Origin: an uncultured Candidatus Saccharibacteria bacterium
GTDB taxonomy: Bacteria; Patescibacteriota; Saccharimonadia; Saccharimonadales; CAZLTB01
Assembly (NCBI GenBank): GCA_964562505.1
Contig: CAZLTB010000004.1
Location: forward strand, 1 to 40,811
Reading direction: 5' to 3'
Length of the DNA stretch: 40,811 nucleotides
Below are positions 21,708 through 29,149 of the stretch, in pieces (positions within the stretch are counted from its first letter, which is position 1; each line of letters opens with the position of its first letter). The notes under the pieces are model-generated. The model did no database searches and was not told the origin of the DNA. It saw only the letters and a list, made by a program, of their open reading frames with translations. Position numbers and translations under genes: made by a program.

Positions 21708-22253
21708 ATGGACGTTTTTACTATGGAAGTACTTCACAAACTCGAGAAGCAAATGGAGAATATTTTTAAAGATTTACCAAAACTTTCTGATACTTCTAAA
21801 GAGGCTCTTGCTGATTTCTGGCCTTGGCTGGCATTGATCGCTGGTATACTTCAGCTTTTAGTAGCCTGGGGTCTCTATGACTTGTCGCACCGGTTTGATG
21901 TAATCAGGGATCAATTAAATTCGACTTCATTGTACTTAACTGGTCACTCAATTGGACTAAGTGCTACTGATAAAGCATTAATTTATTTAGGAGTTATTGT
22001 GTTGGTGGTTGATGCGATAATTCTTTTAATGGCCTATCCCAAACTCAGAAAACGTGCCAAAAGAGGCTGGGATCTTATTTTCCTAGGTATGTTAATCAAC
22101 GTGGTATATGCAGTATTGCAACTATTTACTAAAGAGCGTGGTCCGTTCAACTTTTTTGCCAGTCTGATCGGTTCGTTTATCGGCTTTTATTTATTGTTTC
22201 AGGTCCGCGAAAAGTTCGTGGGAAAGAGCAAACCAGACAGTACCGGAAATTGA
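21708..22253 (+). CDS. Hypothetical 4-TM membrane protein
   Basis: Four hydrophobic segments; start may be a downstream Met. Confidence 0.75.
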   Translation: MDVFTMEVLHKLEKQMENIFKDLPKLSDTSKEALADFWPWLALIAGILQLLVAWGLYDLSHRFDVIRDQLNSTSLYLTGHSIGLSATDKALIYLGVIVLVVDAIILLMAYPKLRKRAKRGWDLIFLGMLINVVYAVLQLFTKERGPFNFFASLIGSFIGFYLLFQVREKFVGKSKPDSTGN

Positions 22254-22362
22254 TTCAGTATTGAAATTTGGCTAAATATGTACTATGGTTGCGATACTAG
22301 CTTTATGGCTAGTCTAAAAATAACTAGAGCCAAATTGCAAACTATCATACAATAGTAAATGT

Positions 22363-22378
22363 TGTGAACTATTTAACT
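22363..22378. promoter_or_regulatory. Candidate Crp-type operator upstream of the crp-family gene (autoregulation)
   Basis: TGTGA-actatt-TAACT, 8/10 match to TGTGA-N6-TCACA, just downstream of -10 TACAAT 22348-22353. Confidence 0.45.
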
Positions 22379-22386
22379 TACAGTCT

Positions 22387-23049
22387 ATGAGTAAATACCA
22401 GGACTTTATCGCCGGTTATCATGTGAAGAAATTCCGAAAAGGCGAGATTATTTTAGTTCAAGGTGAAGTTCCGCCCCATGCTTTTGTATTAAAGAAAGGT
22501 ATTGTCAAAACTTACAACCTGACCACCCAAGGTGAAGAAAAACCAATAAGCTTTGATCTGGTGGGCGAAATATTCCCTGTAGCCTGGACTTTCAACAAAA
22601 TTCGCTACGCACCCTATTATTACGAAGCATTTACTGACTCTGAACTATATTGTGTGCCCAAGGACGATTATCACCACTTCATGAAAACCAGTCCTGAGGC
22701 CACTTATGATATGTTTAATAAATTTGTAGACCGTTATGTCAATTTTCAGATGCGTGTCAACGCACTTGAACAATCGAAGGCCGCTACCAAAATACTGAAC
22801 ACGATCCACTTTTTATGTCTTCACTTCGGACGTGATCTAAAGAAAAACTTGGTCCAAATACAGCTACCCCTTACTCAGCAGGACTTGGCCAATTTCATGG
22901 GGTTGACTCGGGAAACTACTGGCATTGAGCTCAAAAAACTGCAAAAACGCGGCGTGCTAACATATCGCAGACAAAATTATTTGGTTAAGACGGATCGACT
23001 TAATGAGCTACTTGACGAAGATTACGACCAAGGCCGCATTCTTAAGTGA
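22387..23049 (+). CDS. Crp/Fnr family transcriptional regulator
   Basis: cNMP-fold N-terminus (KGEII, G.VK, GEIF), HTH LTQQDLANFMGLTRET. Confidence 0.95.
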   Translation: MSKYQDFIAGYHVKKFRKGEIILVQGEVPPHAFVLKKGIVKTYNLTTQGEEKPISFDLVGEIFPVAWTFNKIRYAPYYYEAFTDSELYCVPKDDYHHFMKTSPEATYDMFNKFVDRYVNFQMRVNALEQSKAATKILNTIHFLCLHFGRDLKKNLVQIQLPLTQQDLANFMGLTRETTGIELKKLQKRGVLTYRRQNYLVKTDRLNELLDEDYDQGRILK

Positions 23050-23459
23050 TAAGCGCCAACTCTTTCTTTTCTCTCTTTAGTTCCATCTAGATTCTTTGTC
23101 ACTAAGTGATTGACTAAAGCGGACAAATCCTCGGGTGTGGCATGGGCCTTAACTATGTACTTATATGCCCCTAGCTGCATAGCCTTCTCCACCTCGGAAT
23201 CGTTGCCTATATTACTGAGGATAACAACTTTAACGTCTGGATGTCTGTTTAAGAGGTCATACTCCTGGAGAAATTGCAGACCGTTCATTCTAGGCATCAG
23301 TAAATCAAGCAAGATAATGTCGGGCTCTTCGGTCTCTGCTTGCTCGAGAGCTTCTTCTCCGTCTTTGGCTGATGTTGTGTGGTGGCCGGCTTTTTTGAGG
23401 ATAAGACTGTATGCATCGTTTAATACTTTATCATCCTCAACAATCAATATTTTGGCCAT
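23022..23459 (-). CDS. Single-domain response regulator
   Basis: ILIVEDD, LLDLLMPRMNG, ILSN, YIVK. Confidence 0.93.
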   Translation of the reverse strand: MAKILIVEDDKVLNDAYSLILKKAGHHTTSAKDGEEALEQAETEEPDIILLDLLMPRMNGLQFLQEYDLLNRHPDVKVVILSNIGNDSEVEKAMQLGAYKYIVKAHATPEDLSALVNHLVTKNLDGTKERKERVGAYHLRMRPWS

Positions 23460-23519
23460 CCTAATTCCTCTTTTATGTCTAGTAAAGCTTTAGTATATTA
23501 GCACTTGCCGTTAACCTTA

Positions 23520-23535
23520 TATGAGATAATTCACT
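23520..23535. promoter_or_regulatory. Candidate Crp-type operator upstream of the response regulator
   Basis: TATGA-gataat-TCACT (8/10), centred about 30 bp upstream of minus-strand TATACT at 23492-23497. Confidence 0.5.
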
Positions 23536-23563
23536 TTCCCAAAAATTTTTGTGAGACATCTGT

Positions 23564-24688
23564 TTAATGGGTTCTGATTGGAAGCGACAAGTAGAACGTT
23601 GTTCCTTGATCTTTGTTGCTTTCAAACCAGATCTTGCCACCCATGCTATCTACCACTTCTTTGGACATATATAGTCCCAGCCCTGTGCCAGTTGGCTCGG
23701 CTTGTTTGGCATTGTCGGTTCTAAAGAATTTAGTAAAAATTTTGCCGCGGTCAGCTGCAGAAATGCCGTAACCGGTATCGCTAACACTTATCAAAAGCTC
23801 ATGTTTTGTTTCTTTTAATGCTATCTGTATTTTTCCCTTCTCGGGGGTGTATTTGATCGCATTAGATAATAGATTTGTTAGTACCTCAGTAGTCAGAACC
23901 TGGTCTATAATTGCTTTCACGGTTTTTCTAGGTAAGTCCAACTTTATTTTGATGTCTTTGGCCTTTGCTTGAGGCTGGAGTTCTTGTCCTAAACTTTTTA
24001 TGAGCTCAGTAATGTCCGTTTCCTTAAGCGTAATGTCAATCTTACCAGCCTCGATGCGTGTAGTATCAAGCAGAATGTTTATTAGATCACTCATTCGGTC
24101 AATAGAATTGAATATAATTTTCATAAATTGTTGTTGGCCCTTAGTGAGCTTGCCCTGATAGCCCGACGCCAATAGATGGGCATAGGTGTTGATAGAAGTT
24201 AAAGGTGTCCGTAGCTGGTGAGATGCAATTGATATGAACTCACTTTTCATACGGTCAACTTCATTCTCTTTGGTCACGTCACGAAAGACTTCAATAGCAC
24301 CTATGGGCCTGGAGTCTAAGACAATTGGCGAGACGGTTACCGAAACTGGTAAGGCCCCTTCTTTCTTAGTCAAATAATTAATTCGCTCTGACACCGGTTT
24401 GCCGGTTAACAAGGCTTTGGTGATGGGTCTGTTGAGAGCGCTAATAACTTGTCCGTGATTATCCTGGGCTACGATAACTCTAGGAAACCACTGACCAATG
24501 ACTTCCTCTTTCTTATAACCTAGTAAGTCCAGAGCAGCTTGGTTTATCTGCTGGACTTTACCCTCGCTATTAGTGGCAATTGCCCCCTCCCCGATACTCA
24601 GAAACAATGCATCGGCCCTGGCTTGCTCGCGGGCTGTTTTTCGGGATGTGGCCCGTAGTTTTTTTTCTAATTTATCGGAATCTTCCAT
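23564..24688 (-). CDS. Cytoplasmic PAS-domain histidine kinase
   Basis: PAS (IGEGAIATN..INQAA), SHQLRTPLT, NLLSNAIKY, DTGYG, GTGLGL; no TM. Confidence 0.95.
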   Translation of the reverse strand: MEDSDKLEKKLRATSRKTAREQARADALFLSIGEGAIATNSEGKVQQINQAALDLLGYKKEEVIGQWFPRVIVAQDNHGQVISALNRPITKALLTGKPVSERINYLTKKEGALPVSVTVSPIVLDSRPIGAIEVFRDVTKENEVDRMKSEFISIASHQLRTPLTSINTYAHLLASGYQGKLTKGQQQFMKIIFNSIDRMSDLINILLDTTRIEAGKIDITLKETDITELIKSLGQELQPQAKAKDIKIKLDLPRKTVKAIIDQVLTTEVLTNLLSNAIKYTPEKGKIQIALKETKHELLISVSDTGYGISAADRGKIFTKFFRTDNAKQAEPTGTGLGLYMSKEVVDSMGGKIWFESNKDQGTTFYLSLPIRTH

Positions 24689-24701
24689 GGGAGTTCCTTA
24701 T

Positions 24702-24989
24702 TTATGAATGCCCAGAGTTTCTATACACTTCCTTATTAGTTTTTGTGAGAGATAACAAACGGTCAGTGTATTCCTGGACTACAGTAACGTCTTCAGTAAG
24801 CAGAGACACGGCAATTCTTATCCAATCGATTAATTGCTCTAAATCTTTGGCTTGGAGTTCGGTCGGGTGTTTGTTGATGTGATTTTCAATTTGACGGTCA
24901 ATGAAGCGCTTTGCAGTCGGGCCAAGGTAATCGGTGCTAACGTCAATAACCGATTCATACAAACTGGATGGTTTCTTTGCTCCAGCCAT
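24702..24989 (-). CDS. Small helical hypothetical protein (YLGP motif)
   Basis: 95 aa; 5-nt and 13-nt gaps to its neighbours; GAGG SD. Confidence 0.8.
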   Translation of the reverse strand: MAGAKKPSSLYESVIDVSTDYLGPTAKRFIDRQIENHINKHPTELQAKDLEQLIDWIRIAVSLLTEDVTVVQEYTDRLLSLTKTNKEVYRNSGHS

Positions 24990-24994
24990 CTCTG

Positions 24995-25924
24995 TTATAC
25001 CTCTTCAATTTTTTTGAGTTTTTTTGCACCAATGGCAATTAGGCCGTAACCTACAGCTATCAATAATAACAACAGGTATAAAACAAACAGCAAAATCTTA
25101 AGCGAAAGGCTACCTAAGTGCGATGCCCACGAATTGAGAAAGCGAATAACGATCAGCGATATGATCACTGCTAGTAGTCCGCTCGATAGATAGCCGAGAG
25201 ACTGTCTGTATATGGTACCTTTAACTCTCAGGCGATATTGCTGTATGTAGTAGGCGGCTCCTATGCCAAAGAACCACACAAAAAGATATGGTATCAGTAT
25301 TGTTACGACCAACAGAGGATCTGATAGATAATAGGTGGCTTTAGCTGCGGCAGCATTCGGAACACGACGAATTGGGCTTGTCAAGGCAGCGTACATATAA
25401 AGGGTAGAAAAAATAACAAAAACAAAGCCAATCAACAACTCACCAATGGAATATGGTGCTGTTTTTTTCTTGACCGTGGCATATAAGCCCGCGGCGCCAA
25501 TGTAAATAGCATAGAAAGCAACGAGGAAAAATAAAAGAGTTACATAATTAGTGACTATAACTGTTTTAGCTGTTAGATCTTGTCGAGTCGCGGCAATATA
25601 GTTAAGTGCCGTAGAGAGTATTGAGGTTATAGGCAGACTTATTGCTAGATACATAAGCCCGCGCGATAATTTCATCAGATGCTTGCCATCTTTTGTGTCG
25701 CTAATAACATCCGCGTACTTCTGGAATTGAACAAAACCATAAAATGCCACAAACCAAATACCTATAACGGGTAAGACTACCGTTAAGCTTAGTGCTCTGG
25801 CTTCGTTGGCAGTCAAGCTGTACCGAGTTAGTACTGAGGCGTCTGGTGGTATGGCGAATGTCAGGATTAAATATATTGCTGCTAGTATAAGAAATAGAAC
25901 GTAGTATTTGTTAAATTTTTTCAC
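24995..25924 (-). CDS. 8-TM membrane protein with internal 2x4-TM repeat
   Basis: Eight hydrophobic segments; the two halves align by eye; GGGAG SD and TATAAT at 25962-25967. Confidence 0.85.
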   Translation of the reverse strand: MKKFNKYYVLFLILAAIYLILTFAIPPDASVLTRYSLTANEARALSLTVVLPVIGIWFVAFYGFVQFQKYADVISDTKDGKHLMKLSRGLMYLAISLPITSILSTALNYIAATRQDLTAKTVIVTNYVTLLFFLVAFYAIYIGAAGLYATVKKKTAPYSIGELLIGFVFVIFSTLYMYAALTSPIRRVPNAAAAKATYYLSDPLLVVTILIPYLFVWFFGIGAAYYIQQYRLRVKGTIYRQSLGYLSSGLLAVIISLIVIRFLNSWASHLGSLSLKILLFVLYLLLLLIAVGYGLIAIGAKKLKKIEEV

Positions 25925-26007
25925 TGCTCTCCCTGCCCGGTTTTATTTGTAATCAATAAACATTATAGCCTAAAAAACCGTGTAGCAATATCTGCGTCAG
26001 CAATCAA

Positions 26008-26036
26008 CTAAACGCAGCTCAATAAGCTGCGTTTAG
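26008..26036 (-). terminator. Stem-loop terminator after the 50-aa gene
   Basis: Perfect 12-bp stem CTAAACGCAGCT/AGCTGCGTTTAG, 5-nt loop; weak U tail. Confidence 0.7.
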
Positions 26037-26063
26037 CCCGGGATAATCTACTGTTTAAAAGTT

Positions 26064-26216
26064 CTAAGCAGCCATGTCGTGACGTAATTTACGCCAGCGT
26101 CTTGCCTGTAGTTTCTCAGCCTTGAGTTCCCAATGACTCGAAATGTCGTCATAGAAGTCGTCAAAGCTTAGATCTTTGACTGATGTTGGTTTGGTTAGTA
26201 TTTTGAATTTTTTCAT
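26064..26216 (-). CDS. Unannotated 50-aa protein MKKFKILTKPTSVKDLSFDDFYDDISSHWELKAEKLQARRWRKLRHDMAA
   Basis: Translated by hand; GGAGG 8 nt before ATG, upstream -10 and Crp box, downstream hairpin. Confidence 0.8.
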   Translation of the reverse strand: MKKFKILTKPTSVKDLSFDDFYDDISSHWELKAEKLQARRWRKLRHDMAA

Positions 26217-26272
26217 ATACCATGCCTCCCCTTAGTGGTGTCCTTAGCATAAACAGCATTTAGTTAAATAGC

Positions 26273-26288
26273 TGTAATTTTTCTCACA
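26273..26288. promoter_or_regulatory. Crp-type operator at class II position
   Basis: TGTAA-tttttc-TCACA (9/10); centre 26280.5 is -41.5 relative to +1 predicted from minus-strand TATGCT 26246-26251. Confidence 0.7.
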
Positions 26289-26346
26289 AGAAGCAAGTAG
26301 CAGTTTGCTGGCTTATCCTCTGCTTCGAAATCGCCTGATCAGGTAG

Positions 26347-26907
26347 TCAAGTTTCTCGTGGTTGTACAACTGCCCAAACCAATCCGGCAATAATAAAAAA
26401 ACAAGCGCTGTAAAAAGCAATGACACTGTAAAGTTCTATTTTATATCCCTCGTTGAAGTTGACTACAAAATATCTTACCGCAGCGAATGAGTAGGCTGCC
26501 ACGGATAAGGCCGCTGTAGCGAAAGGAGCACTCCTCGTGTTTAATACAGCAGAAACAACAATCGGTATCGCAAACAGCGCAACGCCCCTGCTTGCCATGC
26601 CACGCTCTGCATAGACCATGAAGGCTGCGACTCCTATATCCATCAATATCAGTGCGTACGCCAGAATCTTGTAGTATTGGTCTCTTCTTGGGGTGCTGCG
26701 GCTGGCGTACCAAACGATTGTGGTAACGACTAGCATAGTAGCAGCAACTGTCCAACGCTGTAATACGGCATCAGGCGTTATTAATTTCCAGGCATCACCA
26801 ATAATAATGCTAAGGGCGAACACTAGTGCATAGTAAAAATGTACCCGGGATATTCTTAAAATGCTTAGTTGCAAGGAATTTAAGGATTTTTGATTTTTAG
26901 TTGCCAT
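26347..26907 (-). CDS. Stand-alone membrane protein homologous to the sensor domain of the kinase at 1283-2554
   Basis: Shared RV..YY, YY.........D...A.F.VY...G..SR...L.AIPI, AA.S..AY, I.FY motifs. Confidence 0.85.
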   Translation of the reverse strand: MATKNQKSLNSLQLSILRISRVHFYYALVFALSIIIGDAWKLITPDAVLQRWTVAATMLVVTTIVWYASRSTPRRDQYYKILAYALILMDIGVAAFMVYAERGMASRGVALFAIPIVVSAVLNTRSAPFATAALSVAAYSFAAVRYFVVNFNEGYKIELYSVIAFYSACFFIIAGLVWAVVQPRET

Positions 26908-26981
26908 ACAATCATTGGTAATTCAAACATACCGCTTATGTCTCTGTCAACTTTGAGCAAGATGGTCAAATTGAAGGAAAT

Positions 26982-27010
26982 AAAGAAAAAGAAGCCTTTT
27001 TAGGGGCTCC
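26982..27010 (-). terminator. Intrinsic terminator GGAGCC-CCTAAAAA-GGCTTC-TTTTTCTTT
   Basis: 6-bp stem with one G-U pair and a 9-nt U-rich tail on the minus strand. Confidence 0.7.
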
Positions 27011-27075
27011 TTTTCCCGGAAATATCATTGCTGACACCTCCTACTATCTTTCGATAGCAACCACCTCACGGTGGT
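26982..27075 (-). ncRNA. Candidate ~94-nt small RNA or structured leader
   Basis: Promoter, two adjacent GNRA hairpins, AGGAGGUG, intrinsic terminator. Confidence 0.6.
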
Positions 27076-27082
27076 AGTTACG

Positions 27083-27112
27083 ACTATACTCCCCCGCAAC
27101 AATTCGTGTCAA
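27083..27112 (-). promoter_or_regulatory. sigma70 promoter TTGACA-18-TATAGT
   Basis: Perfect -35 at 27107-27112, 5/6 -10 at 27083-27088. Confidence 0.75.
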
Positions 27113-27140
27113 GCTTTAGGGAATTTGTCTTGGGACTTAC

Positions 27141-27308
27141 TTAATAATTAAGTCCGCCACCACCGTTATTTTTGTGGATAAACACATAGTAAATCAGGCC
27201 ATAGACAATTATCGCGAGCACTACGTAAATAACTACCCATTGCCAAGCGGGTCGTTTGCCATAGCCTTTTGATTGTTTTTGTGGGGTTTTTGGTTCGTCA
27301 GCTTCCAT
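27141..27308 (-). CDS. Unannotated 55-aa single-TM protein MEADEPKTPQKQSKGYGKRPAWQWVVIYVVLAIIVYGLIYYVFIHKNNGGGGLNY
   Basis: Translated by hand; AAGGA SD, TATAAT upstream, clean TM with positive-inside N-terminus. Confidence 0.8.
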   Translation of the reverse strand: MEADEPKTPQKQSKGYGKRPAWQWVVIYVVLAIIVYGLIYYVFIHKNNGGGGLNY

Positions 27309-27346
27309 AGGAATTCCTTGTTAATACTATCTAATTATACACTTGG

Positions 27347-27500
27347 ATGGCTGGGGAGGAGGGATTCGCTTTGTTCGATGAATCTCGCAAAGTGCCGGGG
27401 ACAGCCACCGGCTATCCCGTTCGAATCCCCTTCACTATAATTCTCCATAGCTCCGGCACGAAACCGGGGCAACAGAGAATGGCTGGGGAGGAGGGATTCG
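27347..27500 (-). repeat. tRNA-linked element: 22-bp direct repeats (tRNA-Gln 3' end) flanking 110 bp of structured sequence
   Basis: ATGGCTGGGGAGGAGGGATTCG at 27347-27368 and 27479-27500. Confidence 0.9.
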
Positions 27501-27554
27501 AACCCCCGAATGCCAGTACCAAAAACTGGTGCCTTACCACTTGGCCACTCCCCA
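27480..27554 (-). tRNA. tRNA-Gln (anticodon TTG), encoded CCA
   Basis: TGGGGAGTGGCCAAGTGGTAAGGCACCAGT-TTTTGGT-ACTGGCATTCGGGGGTTCGAATCCCTCCTCCCCAGCCA folds as a cloverleaf. Confidence 0.97.
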
Positions 27555-27578
27555 ATAACAGATTAGATTTTAGCTTAT

Positions 27579-28103
27579 CTAGGCGACTTTCTCAAATTGA
27601 TCAGGCCACACTACTCTTGCAATATGCAATACTCGCTTCATGCGCTTCACTCCCTCGGGTAACAAAGGAGTAACATCGAATTCTTGATCAGCCTGGTGAG
27701 GCTTAAAGTAATGAGACTCACCATATCCAATCCCACTTCTAATAATCAAACTATCTGCTTCACCATCATTAACATACCTGTTGCCTAAGCGACGGTGGTG
27801 AGGGATCGCTACTAAGATGCTGCGGACAACATATAGTGAGTCAGGAGAGGGCTCATGCTCAGGATAGCCATAACGAGTCAAGTCAGCCTCTTCGCGGCCA
27901 AGCCATAGCTTATTCCTCGGATGTACTTGCAAAAAACCCTTTGCTAGATCAAGTGCTTTTAATTGCTCAGGCAATGTTGATTGCAGCTCATCGCCCAGTT
28001 TGTACTGTTCCTCTTGCCCCAAGGGAATTGCACCGAGTTGTAAGGACGACAGTGGCTCATGCTCCACGCCCCTATCAATCTCACTAGTTGATAACGCTGA
28101 CAT
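27579..28103 (-). CDS. Hypothetical protein
   Basis: 174-aa ORF filling the gap upstream of the tRNA; no motif recognised. Confidence 0.55.
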   Translation of the reverse strand: MSALSTSEIDRGVEHEPLSSLQLGAIPLGQEEQYKLGDELQSTLPEQLKALDLAKGFLQVHPRNKLWLGREEADLTRYGYPEHEPSPDSLYVVRSILVAIPHHRRLGNRYVNDGEADSLIIRSGIGYGESHYFKPHQADQEFDVTPLLPEGVKRMKRVLHIARVVWPDQFEKVA

Positions 28104-28228
28104 ACAATATCTCGTTTTTTATATCGTTTTAATACTTCTCCAAAACTTACTATCCTACTGCAATTAGCTTATGTCAAGTACATTTTGCGAAAAACTTACA
28201 ACGCTTTGTACGCTATACTAAAACGGTT

Positions 28229-29089
28229 GTGCATGTTGTGGAGCCCCACCAATTCAAAAAACTGCCAAAAACAAGGTCTAGAAAGCCTTTATGGCTACTT
28301 CTAGCTTTGATCATCATAGGTGCTGGTGTCTTTGTGTTTATAGTTCTAGACGGCAAACAATCATCGACAAATAGTGTCACACCAGCCCAAACCACTGCTT
28401 CGCACCCCCCTCAATCTGCCCAAAACAAGCCGCTTAGACAATTTACTGGCGAACAATTTAAAGAGCTTTACCGAAGCGTTGCATATCCAAATACACAGCA
28501 ATTTAGCGATCCCCCATCAATTACAGGGAACACAGTCGCAGACAATAGGATTCGTCAAATGGCGGAAGCTCGAGGCTATCACTTGACCAGCATTCCGGTA
28601 CAGGCAATCGTAAAAATTAACGAACCGCTTTTGAATGGAGACGATCTACTGCAACCACTTGCTGCCCAGGCCTGGTCTGACATTAAAGCGTCCGCTAAAA
28701 AAGCCGGTTACCCCCTGACTTTAATTTCAGCCTATCGATCGCCGGAATATCAACGAAACTTATTCACCCAGCGTTTATATGCTCATGGAGTGACGGCCGA
28801 TCAGGTAGCTGCCGGTAAAGCTGACGCAGCAGTCCAAGATACGCTAAGTCACGCTGCTGTCCCTGGCTATTCACGTCACCATACCGGCTATACAGTTGAT
28901 ATGTGGTGTGACGATAAAAGTACCAGTTTTTTGACCAGTAGCTGTTATCGCTGGATAAGTGTCAGTAATTACCAGAATGCTAAAGAGAATGGCTGGATTC
29001 CCAGCTATCCTGCAGGTACTAGCGACCAAGGCCCTGAACCTGAACCATGGGAATATGTCTGGGTCGGCCGATCCAAATTAACACAATAA
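28229..29089 (+). CDS. Membrane-anchored M15B (VanY-like) carboxypeptidase
   Basis: TM, ISAYRS, PGYSRHHTG..VD, EPWE variant of EPWH. Confidence 0.85.
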   Translation: MHVVEPHQFKKLPKTRSRKPLWLLLALIIIGAGVFVFIVLDGKQSSTNSVTPAQTTASHPPQSAQNKPLRQFTGEQFKELYRSVAYPNTQQFSDPPSITGNTVADNRIRQMAEARGYHLTSIPVQAIVKINEPLLNGDDLLQPLAAQAWSDIKASAKKAGYPLTLISAYRSPEYQRNLFTQRLYAHGVTADQVAAGKADAAVQDTLSHAAVPGYSRHHTGYTVDMWCDDKSTSFLTSSCYRWISVSNYQNAKENGWIPSYPAGTSDQGPEPEPWEYVWVGRSKLTQ

Positions 29090-29149
29090 GTCACTACATA
29101 AGCTTGTGCTTGCCTAAGTCTACTCCTTTGCCGTAGAGTTGTTCGTACG

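Noticed and set aside
25913-26216. Both the 50-aa and 8-TM proteins begin MKKF
   Set aside because: A-rich starts are common and similarity does not extend further
22387-27346. Genomic island integrated at tRNA-Gln
   Set aside because: No integrase and no distal att copy seen; the only duplicate is 110 bp away
27347-27500. Possible CRISPR array or second tRNA
   Set aside because: Only two repeat copies, the repeat is tRNA sequence, no cas genes are present, and the second copy lacks D and anticodon arms
27347-27673. 108-aa plus-strand ORF with a repeated MAGEEGF
   Set aside because: It is the antisense translation of tRNA-Gln and its duplicated 3' end
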